From: Calditrichia bacterium
GTDB taxonomy: Bacteria > Calditrichota > Calditrichia > JAJRVZ01
Direction of reading: 5' to 3'
Length of the DNA stretch: 64,000 nt
Assembly: GCA_963765585.1 (NCBI GenBank)
Contig: CAVXXB010000008.1
Coordinates: 271,532-335,531 of the forward strand
Position 1 is the stretch's first letter; each line of letters opens with the position of its first letter. The notes beneath the pieces are model-generated. The model was not told the origin of the DNA. It was given only the letters and a program-made list of their open reading frames with translations, and searched no databases. Shown one piece after another: positions 38,204 to 48,700 of the stretch. The translations under genes were made by a program, and so were the position numbers.

Positions 38204-41050
38204 TTAAAATTTTAATATCAATCCAACACGCCAGTGTCTCGGCTCATTGCGTAACAGATACACATCCTGGCGCCGCAGATAAGGTGCATATTCATCGTCT
38301 GTCAGGATATCTGATTGATTTGGCAAGGTTTCCCAACGAACAATATTTCGGTCATTATTAAACGTGCGTGAATATTGCCACCAGTATTCGTTCAGTAAAT
38401 TAAATCCCTCAACATAGGCTGTAACGCGCGAAGCGCCAATCCCAAAGGATTTTTCAATGCGTAAACGCCAGTCGTTTTCCACGGGAGAGCGCTGATTATA
38501 TTTAAGACCTTGACCGGAGATATCCCAGGTATAGGGGCGTCCGGACACATACCGGTAGGTGGTGCTGAATGACATATCTGAAAAAGGTTTAATTCCAAAA
38601 ATCTCCACGCCGCTATTTGGCATGGTGACATATCGAAGATTAAAGACCGCTTTGTGAGTCCGGTCATAATCAAGAAAGACATCTTCCGGAAACCGTTCGC
38701 TCTGTCCTTCGATCAGCAAATCACCGGATTCGCTATATATCGGGGCCACATCCAGATTGTCTGAATTACCGCTTTTACCTGTAGCAGATTCATAATTATA
38801 TCTGATATACCCGCGAATATTACCAGAAGTTTTTTCCAGACTAAAATGAAATCCCTTGATATCCGCATAGTCAAGATTAACGAAAGTGGAATATGCTTCC
38901 CCGCCATTATTGACAAAAAATGCCGTTTGAATCAAATCCTTCACATCTTTGTAATATGCACTGACATCCATCTGAAGGCCGCTGGCGAGGCGATGCACAA
39001 TACCCACATCATAGGTCTTTGTATTTTCCGGCTTAAGTAAAGGATTCCCCAGCTCAAGCACGCGAGTAACACCCTGATCAATATTTACATTATTAAAATA
39101 TAACTGACTAAAGGCTGGGCGTTGTGTAAACGTGCCATAATTCAGGTGAAATACTGTAAGGGTGGAAACCGGAAAGGATAATCCGATACGCGGTTGCAGG
39201 CGGGTAAATATTTCAGTTTCTGCAGTTGCTTCAGGATCAAGTAGTGGATTGAACGGATCTTTATAATATTTAGTATTCAATTGATAAAAATCATATCGCA
39301 ATCCCACATTGGCAATCATGCCTTCAAATTCCATTTTGTCCTGAACAAATACGGCACCTTCCCAGGGAAAGGCACCAAAGTTTTGGAATTCTACTGCTCC
39401 CGGGTTTGTAACGTTTTCTTCAATATCAACCCGCATATCATAGTAATAAAATTGTACACCGGCTTTAAAAAGATTATACCGGTCGACCTGCCCGGTAAAA
39501 TTTCCGGCAAAATAGTACGTATTGGTCCAGAGATCGCCACGATCATCATTTAACCGTCCAACTCTATGATTTGAAGGTGCGGTATAATCAACCCAGTTTC
39601 TGCCATTGGTATAATCTTCCAGTAATTGTCCGTCGTTGAGCAGATCGATGCGTTCCGCCTCATTTACGCGCATATAACTTATATTAAAATCAGAAAAATA
39701 GGATGGAGAAAATGCATGCTGATACTCAAGACCGGCCTGGTATGTAGTACTTGTTCTTTTTGAGATACTAAACGTTCGGTCAAACATCCACCGTTCCCAA
39801 TTTGATTCAATCAGGTTAAAAAACGAATAATCATAAATATAGGAAAGTTTGAATTTATTGTCCGGGTTAGGAGAATAGGTGAAATTTCCCATTAACTGTA
39901 TATCATTGTCCGGATCGGTTGTGGGTACCATGGCATGTTGGACATTCTGCCGCAAGGCCACAAACATACCAACATCTTTGGTCAACGGTCCACCTGTGGT
40001 TAGGTCAAGCCGGTAATCTACTGTATTATCAAATTCCATCCCCAAATCACGGGCACTCTGCAGCCAAAAATTACGGCCAAATTCTGCAATTCTGAGGGAA
40101 TCTTCATGATTCGCCGGTGGCCATTTTAACGGAATATATTTATTGACACCATAGCCATTATCCCAGAGCGGTTTACCCGGCTGCTGGGGATTCTCCTTGA
40201 GCCATTCTTCCGGATCTAACAATAATTCTGAAAATACAAGATTTTGCTGGCTGTAAGGACTTCCCTGCCATGATTTATAATATGGTAATACGCCGGCAAT
40301 TTCAAAACGTGTTTGCCAGACAGGCGAGGCTTCCCTGGTAACCATATTAACTACTCCAGACTGTGCATTACCGTATTCGGCACTGAACCCGCTGGTATAG
40401 ACTTCAACCTGTTCCAAACCGGTTACAATAGGGCTGAAGGCACGCTGATTATTGAGCGGATTAACGATGTTTGCTCCGCCTAGCAGATATGACGCTTCAC
40501 CAACACGACCACCACGAAAGTGATCATCCACCACATCGGCCTGAAGTTCCAGAATATCCCCGATATCCTGCACACCGGCAATACTCTGTACTTCGGAAAT
40601 ATTGTAGACCTGCTTGGTTGCCGTTACATCTTTTTCCACAGTCTCCTGTGTATACGCGGTTACAACAATTTCTTCTGTTTCGAGCAATTGCTCAGATAAT
40701 TCATAATCCAGCCGGGTTGTTTTATCCACATCGACACGTACACGGGTTCGTATTTCATCAAGGTAACCGACGTAGGTTGCGCGCACCGTATATTCTCCAG
40801 GCCGCAAATTGATTATGAAATAACTGCCGTCAAGATCGGTTGATGCACCGGTTGGTGTATCCAATGGTATTTCTTTTGAATTTTCCCAGCGGGCTTCAAC
40901 CAGGATATTTGCTCCAACCAAAGGATCTTTTGTATTTTTATCATAAATGGTGCCGGCCAGTTTACCCGTATTACCGGCATAGAGGTTGGAAATATTTATA
41001 AAAATACATGCTAGAAGTAATAACCACACAGAGTAAATATGAATCTTCAT
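38204..41050 (-). CDS. TonB-dependent receptor with N-terminal carboxypeptidase-regulatory-like domain (SusC-like architecture)
   Basis: GKLAGTIYDKNTKDPLVGANILVE, plug region EEIVVTAY...GGRVGEASYLLGG, long beta-barrel, terminal ...GLILKF. Confidence 0.9.
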   Translation of the reverse strand: MKIHIYSVWLLLLACIFINISNLYAGNTGKLAGTIYDKNTKDPLVGANILVEARWENSKEIPLDTPTGASTDLDGSYFIINLRPGEYTVRATYVGYLDEIRTRVRVDVDKTTRLDYELSEQLLETEEIVVTAYTQETVEKDVTATKQVYNISEVQSIAGVQDIGDILELQADVVDDHFRGGRVGEASYLLGGANIVNPLNNQRAFSPIVTGLEQVEVYTSGFSAEYGNAQSGVVNMVTREASPVWQTRFEIAGVLPYYKSWQGSPYSQQNLVFSELLLDPEEWLKENPQQPGKPLWDNGYGVNKYIPLKWPPANHEDSLRIAEFGRNFWLQSARDLGMEFDNTVDYRLDLTTGGPLTKDVGMFVALRQNVQHAMVPTTDPDNDIQLMGNFTYSPNPDNKFKLSYIYDYSFFNLIESNWERWMFDRTFSISKRTSTTYQAGLEYQHAFSPSYFSDFNISYMRVNEAERIDLLNDGQLLEDYTNGRNWVDYTAPSNHRVGRLNDDRGDLWTNTYYFAGNFTGQVDRYNLFKAGVQFYYYDMRVDIEENVTNPGAVEFQNFGAFPWEGAVFVQDKMEFEGMIANVGLRYDFYQLNTKYYKDPFNPLLDPEATAETEIFTRLQPRIGLSFPVSTLTVFHLNYGTFTQRPAFSQLYFNNVNIDQGVTRVLELGNPLLKPENTKTYDVGIVHRLASGLQMDVSAYYKDVKDLIQTAFFVNNGGEAYSTFVNLDYADIKGFHFSLEKTSGNIRGYIRYNYESATGKSGNSDNLDVAPIYSESGDLLIEGQSERFPEDVFLDYDRTHKAVFNLRYVTMPNSGVEIFGIKPFSDMSFSTTYRYVSGRPYTWDISGQGLKYNQRSPVENDWRLRIEKSFGIGASRVTAYVEGFNLLNEYWWQYSRTFNNDRNIVRWETLPNQSDILTDDEYAPYLRRQDVYLLRNEPRHWRVGLILKF

Positions 41051-41093
41051 TAAAAATACTCCTTTTAATTTTGGAGACTCTGCTTTGGGGATA

Positions 41094-41113
41094 ATTTGTA
41101 ATATGTATTACAA
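41094..41113. promoter_or_regulatory. Near-perfect palindrome TTTGTAATA-TG-TATTACAAA between the -10 element and the RBS; candidate operator
   Basis: 9-bp arms verified base by base. A 14-15 nt half-motif recurs at the GntR promoter. Confidence 0.35.
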
Positions 41114-41116
41114 ATA

Positions 41117-41145
41117 AAAATAACTATTTCTATTTTGATTGTCAA
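41117..41145 (-). promoter_or_regulatory. Sigma70-like promoter candidate for the first TonB-receptor operon
   Basis: On the minus strand: TTGACA, a 17-nt spacer, then TATTTT, about 65 nt upstream of the ATG at 41050. Confidence 0.4.
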
Positions 41146-41156
41146 GATAATTAATT

Positions 41157-43424
41157 TCATAAACGCATTGTTATTTTTGTACCGGGAGATAAGATATTTA
41201 ATTGCTTCTCCCCTACCAATTTATGTTTTGAATATTCCAGAATTTTTGTCTTTCTTCTACCTAAAAAAGTAACTTCAGCTAATTCATTATCAAGGTCGAG
41301 TATAAAAGTTGCCGGTGCCTCCATCTTAAATGAAATACCATGCTGGGAGAAATAACTACAGTTTACCAGGATATTTCTATTAAAATTTGTCATAATTACA
41401 GTCGCATCGGTTTTCAAATTTGGTATTTCTTTTTGAATCTGCCACTTGCTCAAATCCAGACACCCAATGAATGTATTTTTTGCATTTTTCTGCTCTACGG
41501 AGATTGGTTTTACCATCGTGATAAAATTGAAATCTCCATTTTTTTCTACTGAGGATACTGAATAATGCTTGTCTCTCATAACGCTGGATTCAATTTTATA
41601 GTCTGTTTCTACAAATTGTTTTATACGGAGCGCAGCATCTTTTCCATATTTTTTTTCGAGCAGTGAATCAGAAGAAATATTATAATCACCCTGCCAGACC
41701 TGCTGGTAAGTATGTTCACCCTCTGCCTCGAAATAATCATTGACCAGCCAGAATGCTTCGTGTAAAAATATTACCTCGCGAAAATAGGATACATTTATTG
41801 AATCAAAGCCATTGTGCGTTCCCATAAAATAATCAAAATTATTCTCTTTAATCCATGAAATTACTGTAGGTTCGGGCAAATATTTCCATTTTCCAAATCC
41901 GGATTTACCGCTATTGGCAGTCCAGCCTCTTCCCAATGGGATGTTATCAACCAATGCCACATTTTTCGCCCATGAATTCTTCCAGAAATGATAATCCGAA
42001 TCTTTATATTTTACCTGATAGTTTGGTAAAATTTCATGGTTGTTTGCATAAGCAACGACACCCAGCATATCCCCATGCTGATGATCCGGTTTTCGGTCAG
42101 AAAGTCCGGCAGTAATAGTCATATACATACTCTTTTTTGCCCAACCATCACGCATGATATAATAACCGGTTTGCGCTAGTTCCGTAGAGCCTATTTGCGG
42201 TGATTTTCCGGCAATATCATCCAATTTTGACAATTGGCTATCTCGCAAAAACCAGTACACGGATCCCGGCACTTTATTTGTTGAAAAATATCTGAATATG
42301 GAATCTTCAAAAACAATGGCGCCAATAGTCAGCGCATCATCCATCTGGTTATTTTCTGCAAAAGGTTTATCAGTATCATCCTGCAGAACAGGAAGTTTCT
42401 TATTTGGCTGCGCCAGCTTTACCAGGGATCCAAACATCATTTTGAATTGTCGTACAAAGCTTTCAGGTAAATCAATATTATTTATCTTTGCCAGTTGATA
42501 GACCCTAAAATAATTTTCAATATCTCCTTTATGATAATGAACAGAACGTTCAAACTGGAATCCATCTTTATTGATCTCGTTTTCTATATGCCAGGTTAAC
42601 CCACGGATGGCCTGATCCTGCCAATCTTTGCTGTCTTCAAATTCAGGAAACAACGCAGCAATCTCGAATAGGGCCACCAGGCCTTTTGTATGGTGATTTC
42701 CGTATCTATTCTTTTTTGTGCGTTCAAATAGTTGAGCTCCGTGATGCAGAAACGTCCGGATCAATAAAATCTGTTTTTCATCATTGTAAGCAGGATCACT
42801 CAGATATGCATTATGATTAAATAACCAATTGTGGATTCGTCGTCCTGCCCTGTAAACCTCATACACCCCATTGCCAGCATCATCATAGGATCCATCTGCA
42901 AATGCACGGTTCAAATCAGCCGCCTGCCTGACGAAATAGTTCATATTTTCCGGTTCATCGCCTGAAAAATACATCAATGTCATATCTCTTGACTTTTGTT
43001 GCCGGGCGAGATGACGCAGTTCATAAGCGGTTACGTATTGGTCTTTTAGATTTTTGAACGGTAATTCCCAGGAAGTTTCAGGCGGATAAGTAGATTTTTG
43101 ATATTCTGACCTGGATTGATGCTTTTTCATGGCCTCGGGGAAAGTTTTCTGGTAATATTTAAACCTTTGGTTAAAATTTATCCAGTTGAAGTAATATCGA
43201 TCTGAAATTTTTTCTTTGAGGTGGTTCGATAATTTAATTATTGCTTCAGATTCTTGGCCGAGTTCAACTGAGGTTCTGATTTCGGCTAAATCCGGATTGT
43301 CTGTATCCAGGCAATTTAACAGCTCATTCTCAGTTAGAATTCTGTCAAATGGGATATTATTACCGCCACAGGCAATATTATAGAATAATAAAAAATAGAT
43401 AATGATTGTGAAGTTATTTATCAT
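41157..43424 (-). CDS. Heparinase II/III-family polysaccharide lyase (PL12/PL15/PL17-like), lipoprotein
   Basis: Lipobox FYNIAC. GNHHTKGLVALFEIAALFPEF, DGFQFERSVHYH, C-terminal beta-sandwich. Confidence 0.72.
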   Translation of the reverse strand: MINNFTIIIYFLLFYNIACGGNNIPFDRILTENELLNCLDTDNPDLAEIRTSVELGQESEAIIKLSNHLKEKISDRYYFNWINFNQRFKYYQKTFPEAMKKHQSRSEYQKSTYPPETSWELPFKNLKDQYVTAYELRHLARQQKSRDMTLMYFSGDEPENMNYFVRQAADLNRAFADGSYDDAGNGVYEVYRAGRRIHNWLFNHNAYLSDPAYNDEKQILLIRTFLHHGAQLFERTKKNRYGNHHTKGLVALFEIAALFPEFEDSKDWQDQAIRGLTWHIENEINKDGFQFERSVHYHKGDIENYFRVYQLAKINNIDLPESFVRQFKMMFGSLVKLAQPNKKLPVLQDDTDKPFAENNQMDDALTIGAIVFEDSIFRYFSTNKVPGSVYWFLRDSQLSKLDDIAGKSPQIGSTELAQTGYYIMRDGWAKKSMYMTITAGLSDRKPDHQHGDMLGVVAYANNHEILPNYQVKYKDSDYHFWKNSWAKNVALVDNIPLGRGWTANSGKSGFGKWKYLPEPTVISWIKENNFDYFMGTHNGFDSINVSYFREVIFLHEAFWLVNDYFEAEGEHTYQQVWQGDYNISSDSLLEKKYGKDAALRIKQFVETDYKIESSVMRDKHYSVSSVEKNGDFNFITMVKPISVEQKNAKNTFIGCLDLSKWQIQKEIPNLKTDATVIMTNFNRNILVNCSYFSQHGISFKMEAPATFILDLDNELAEVTFLGRRKTKILEYSKHKLVGEKQLNILSPGTKITMRL

Positions 43425-43526
43425 ACGATTATGGACTTTTCAGGACATTTAATAACTAATATATATCCTAGGTTATAAAAATTAATAGACATTGCTGCTA
43501 TAGCTGCATTGTCACATTATTTTGTT

Positions 43527-43552
43527 TTACCCCAAGATTAATCTTGGGGTAA
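43527..43552. repeat. Same palindrome family, copy 5
   Basis: TTACCCCAAGATTAATCTTGGGGTAA. Confidence 0.8.
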
Positions 43553-43642
43553 GAAAAGGACCTACATCTTACAACACCACCGTTATCGACTATATTTAAA
43601 TATTTCGATTATCAGAATCTTTAAACAGCCATAAATTATTAC

Positions 43643-44671
43643 TTATCTTTGCACTCTTCCGGACGTATCCCCGCCAGCCACGCCAAGCACCTCAGATTCA
43701 GTCACCAGGTTCATATCACCGGGAATGGTTTGCTTCATTCCCGAGGCCGCAACTGCGTATTCCAGACTCTTTTGCTTATCCCAGCCTTGTACCAGGCCGT
43801 GTATTAATCCCGCACCGAAGGAATCTCCTCCGCCAACCCGATCTACCAGGTGTATTTTATATTTTTTACTTTGATAAAATTCATCGCCATCATATAACAT
43901 TGCCGACCACCCATTATCTGACGCAGAAATGCTTTCTCTAAGGGTAATAGCCACCATCTTCGCAGCGCTTATATCCATGACTTGCCTGGCAACTGACTTA
44001 TAGTGATCTTCGGATAATTTCCCACTGGTTACATCCGTTGAACTCGCTTCAATACCAAAAACATCAGCCGCATCTTCTTCATTGGCAATTATTACATCCA
44101 CATATTGAACCAATTCCGACATGGTTTGCTTGGCTTCGTCTCTGGTCCACAATTTTTTACGATAATTCAGATCGCAACTCACCATAACATTATGTTTTTT
44201 TGCTGCCTTTACGGCTTCCAGGCTTACACTGGCACAGGATTTGGATAATGCCGGTGTAATTCCGGTGATATGAAACCAGTTTACCCCAGAAAAAATCTCA
44301 TCCCACTTAAACATGCCAGGTTCAATTTGCGAAACAGATGATCCTGCTCTATCATAGGTCACTTTTGAGGGACGGATTGACGCACCATGTTCAAGGAAAT
44401 AGATTCCAACCCGATCACCACCCCGATCTATATATTTTGTATTAACGCCAAATTTGCGAAGTGCATTAAGCGCGGCTTGTCCTACCGGGTTTTCCGGTAA
44501 CCGTGTCACAAATGCCACATCATGGCCAAAATGTGCCAGTGAGACAGCCACATTGGCCTCTCCCCCGCCATACGTGGCCTGAAACTTCTCCGCCTGTGAG
44601 ATTCGCTCATAATTATACGGTGCCAGACGGAGCATGATTTCACCGAAAGTTACTATTTTCTTTTGTGTCAT
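43643..44671 (-). CDS. kdgK: 2-dehydro-3-deoxygluconokinase (PfkB family)
   Basis: VTFGEIMLRL, GGGEANVAVSLA, VDRVGGGDSFGAGLIHG. Confidence 0.88.
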   Translation of the reverse strand: MTQKKIVTFGEIMLRLAPYNYERISQAEKFQATYGGGEANVAVSLAHFGHDVAFVTRLPENPVGQAALNALRKFGVNTKYIDRGGDRVGIYFLEHGASIRPSKVTYDRAGSSVSQIEPGMFKWDEIFSGVNWFHITGITPALSKSCASVSLEAVKAAKKHNVMVSCDLNYRKKLWTRDEAKQTMSELVQYVDVIIANEEDAADVFGIEASSTDVTSGKLSEDHYKSVARQVMDISAAKMVAITLRESISASDNGWSAMLYDGDEFYQSKKYKIHLVDRVGGGDSFGAGLIHGLVQGWDKQKSLEYAVAASGMKQTIPGDMNLVTESEVLGVAGGDTSGRVQR

Positions 44672-44687
44672 CTATTCCTCAAGTTAT

Positions 44688-44780
44688 AATTAGAGATTAG
44701 AGATGAGGGATGAGAAATGAAATAAATTCAAGATATGGTTTCAATTTAATTCCTAATTCCTAATCTCTAATTTCTAATCG
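44688..44780. repeat. Inverted arms of TAGAGATTAGAGAT / ATCTCTAATTTCTAA words between kdgK and eda
   Basis: The same word family occurs at 31494-31530 and 54460-54494. Confidence 0.6.
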
Positions 44781-44883
44781 CTTCTTATTACGGCAATGCG
44801 TCTTGGCGAGAGATATCTTCAGATGCACTGCTGTGAATCTCTTCACCCATACCACACACAAGACGCATGGCAATGCGTCTCTC

Positions 44884-45528
44884 CTACTCCCGCCCTTTTT
44901 TTATTTCCGCGACAAAACGGGCGGCCCTGTCTGCAAGGCCATCCCAATCACCATCGGCAATCATTTTTTTATTCAGCAATGCGGTTCCCACGCCAAGACA
45001 ATACGCACCGGCCTTGATAAATTCCGCCGCGTTTTCCAGGGATACACCGCCGGTCGGTGTCATACGAATATCGGGAAGCGGTCCATGAATATCTTTAAAA
45101 AATCCGGGACCCAGCGCCGTTGCCGGAAAGATTTTTACTACATCGGCACCCAGGTTCCAGGCAGATAATATTTCTGTTGGTGAGAATGCACCCGGAATAC
45201 AAACTTTGTCGTATTTGTGACTCATGGAGATAACATCCGGATTAAGAATTGGGCTGACCACAAACTGCGCCCCGGCATTGATAACTTTTTCAGCAGTTTC
45301 ACCATCAAGCACTGTTCCGGCACCGATTAAAAAATTATCATCCAGTTTCTCGGAAAGATCCTTAATAATACCGATGGCATTTGGTGTGGTCATGGTAATT
45401 TCAAGCGCTTTAATACCGCCCTTTTCCAGGGAAGAAATTATATTTTGTAATTTTTCTGCATCACTCAGGCGAATCACGGCAACAATACCGGAATCCGCAA
45501 TAGATTTTAATATCTCAGATCTGGTCAT
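44884..45528 (-). CDS. eda: KDPG / 4-hydroxy-2-oxoglutarate aldolase
   Basis: GIKALEITMTTPNA, GAGTVL, VKIFPA, PTGGV. Confidence 0.88.
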   Translation of the reverse strand: MTRSEILKSIADSGIVAVIRLSDAEKLQNIISSLEKGGIKALEITMTTPNAIGIIKDLSEKLDDNFLIGAGTVLDGETAEKVINAGAQFVVSPILNPDVISMSHKYDKVCIPGAFSPTEILSAWNLGADVVKIFPATALGPGFFKDIHGPLPDIRMTPTGGVSLENAAEFIKAGAYCLGVGTALLNKKMIADGDWDGLADRAARFVAEIKKGRE

Positions 45529-45581
45529 AATAATTATTTCTTATAATTTTTGTCTATTGATCCAATGAATATAATAAATTA

Positions 45582-45692
45582 GACATGATAACAGGATTTA
45601 CATGTGATAATTCTTCTAAAATATTAATATGAGTTATTTATCACATAAATATTCTAATAACTCAAAATTATAAATTATCCTGTTATCCTGTC
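45582..45692. mobile_element. MITE-like 111-bp element with the same terminal inverted repeats
   Basis: GACATGATAACAGGAT ... TTATCCTGTTATCCTGTC, with an internal ATGTGATAA/TTATCACAT inverted repeat. Confidence 0.4.
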
Positions 45693-45720
45693 TGAAAAAT
45701 TGATTTAATAGGTTAATATA

Positions 45721-45753
45721 TACCCATCCCCGGGATAAACCCGGGAATGGGTA
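45721..45753 (-). terminator. Stem-loop 44 nt downstream of the stop of the multi-module gene
   Basis: TACCCATCCCCGGG-ATAAA-CCCGGGAATGGGTA, 13 of 14 bp pair. An A/T-rich tract follows on the transcript strand, but there is no clean U-run. Confidence 0.35.
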
Positions 45754-45796
45754 GGTGTAAACGAATTACCAGTTACGAATAACTAATAACAAGTAC

Positions 45797-48700
45797 TTAT
45801 TTAATCATTAACATCTTTTTGGTTGCCATAAAATTACGGGATTTGATCTGATAGAAATACAGACCGGTTGCCAGATTTGTATTGTGAAAATCTACAATAT
45901 GGGTTCCCGCAGTCATTTCCTTGTCAACCAGAACAGCAACTTCACGTCCAAGTACATCATATACTTTTAGTGTCGTCATACCCGCTTCTTTAATAGAAAA
46001 TTTAATCTTTGTTGACGGGTTAAATGGATTTGGATAATTCTGATCCAGGCTGTATACCAGAGGAACGGTACCTTCACCAAATTCTTCAACCGAAGAGAGT
46101 GTTGAATCGGCCCAATTCAGATCACCAATTGCCAAACCTGAGAATGAGATACCATATAATTCAGATCCACCCATAAGTGTCCAGTTATAATTTTCGGGAT
46201 CTTCATACATTGGATCAAAGCCAAAAATTGTGGTGGAATCAATTTCACCATCCGCAGCTTTAATCGGCACCTCTCTCACCTGAAATGTATCTATGTGGCT
46301 TACGAATGACGGTATGTCGGTATTGCCCTGGGCATCCATCAGATCACTATCACGACCATGGCCGGAAGTACGGCTGTTAGAGATGATAATGTCGCGTACG
46401 ATTGCCCCACCACTATTTTTCAGATAAAATACACGTGTGGCTGAATTATCGATAGTTAGATGCTCTAACAAGACTGGAGCGTCCGGCGTTGCGGCATCCA
46501 GATCAGAGTAATAACGTACACATTCGGCATCGATATTCGTAAATGTACAATTACGCACCGTTAACGATTCTAATGCGCCATCGGTTACCCATTTTTCTGT
46601 GTCAGAAATACGAAGAGCTTCATAACCGGTGCCATCGAACAGGCAGTCCTCAAAATGAACATCACCCGCTTTGATGTTTGTTTGAATATTAAAAGCATGA
46701 CCATCCGCTGTCAGACTTTTACCTTGAAAGAAATTATAAAAATCAACATCTTTTACCGTGATATCGGCACCGGCTTTGACAGTATCATCTGATGTATTAG
46801 CCAGACGAATTCCATATTTGGGTCCATGAGTCATTTCATGACCGCCATCCAAAACAACACCTATCAGGGTGAAGTCATCAAATACTCGGAAGATATCATC
46901 ACCGGATTTATCCGCCGCAGCATTAATAATGACTGGCTTCTCTGCCAAACCCGATTCAGCTAACACAACCAATGGTTTCATAACGGTCATGTCACTGTTG
47001 CTGATGGTTTTATACAGTCCGCCGCTGGTGATCAGCATGATGGTATCTACCTGACTATTATTATTGGCAAATTCAACCGCATCACGCAGATCCCACGTGG
47101 TATCGATCTTCAGAACACCACCAGGTACATTTGCTTCGGTAAAATTCACAGTCAGCGTGATATTGGAATCCATTTGTACTGTATCAGGATTTGCCATTCC
47201 ACCTAATGGATCACCCCATCCGGCGAATTCCCAGCCCAGATCTGGCACTGCAGTTAGTTCAACTACTGTCGCAGTATCGTAAGTATCAATAACCGGTTCC
47301 GGACTGGCATCAATACTACCCTGCCCCACGATATCAAAGGCAAGAGCAAATTGTGTCAGGGTGCTGGCAAAAGTGGCAGTTACATCCATTGCAGAATCCA
47401 CTTTGAAAGTCTTTGGATTTTCCGACCCGGATAATGCGCCACTCCATTCAACAAATGCCCAGGTTGAGGAATCAGGAACCGCGGTGATGGTTACTGAAGT
47501 TCCAACTGCATAAGTATCTTCAACCGGTTCCGGATTAAGAACCACATGTCCCAGACCAACCGAACTGGCTGAAAATGCGACTCTCGGTTTTACATCAACA
47601 AATTTCGCTGTTACAGTTTTATTATCATCCATGGTGACAGTGGCAACCGGATTATTCGGCGGAAATACCAAAACACCATCCCAGCTGTCAAATTTCCATC
47701 CTGGATCAGGATCAGCTGTCAGCGTTACCGTAGCACCTGAATCATAAAAAGGCCCTGCCGGATCTACTGCAACAATACCGTTACCATCCGTTTTAACCTG
47801 CAGCAAAAATTGTCCGGGATCGGTTTCCCAGCGCAAATCGCCCATGGCTTTTGCATCATCTGCAGCGCCACGCGCCGGTGAATTTGTTGCCAGACGATAA
47901 TCTAGCATGGCGGCATCCTTATAAAGGGGATCTTCGTCAATCATTCCTGCACCAATTGATGAAGATTCACCGGTATCAACCGGGCGAACATTAAAGGTAT
48001 CGGTATAGGAGATCGTAGAAGTACCGTATAAATCAACAGATTCGGACTGACCACCCATCTGATTGGACATGATACAATTTTTGATTGTTACATTTGTAGG
48101 ATATAAAGTACCACCATCAATACGGATCACCCTGTCATCGTTTGTCAGGGAGGTAGAATCCATTGTGACATGGTTAATGATCACTTCGGGATTGTAACCA
48201 ACCGCAGCGCTACCGAACTGAATCGCTTCCCGTCCGACATTTGTTATGGTTACATTCTCAAACAGTACATAATTCATCGCCGGGCCATCACCGCCAGTGT
48301 CATACAAGTTCCAGCCTTCGCGGATTGCGCCTGTTGAAATAGTATTTGTTACAATAAATGTATCGATTACGGTTTTTAAATAACCTCTTAGAAAATTTTC
48401 AGTATAGTCATGAAAATAACAGTCGTCGATTTTTAAAAACATTGATGTCGAGTCACCTGCATTCAGACGCAGGGCCTGTTTTGCCATTGGAGCGCCATTG
48501 AGACTACCATCAAATTCAAGGCCGATCAACGTCAGGCTGCCGCCGGAAAGTACTTCTATGTTGCGCATACTGGTGCTGCCTCCGGGACGATCATTGCGAA
48601 TGACAGGTCTTTCTGTTAGACCTTCACGTGCACGAATTGTCAGCACTTTATCAATTTCGATTTTATCTGAATCCATGGTATATACATAATCACCGCCATT

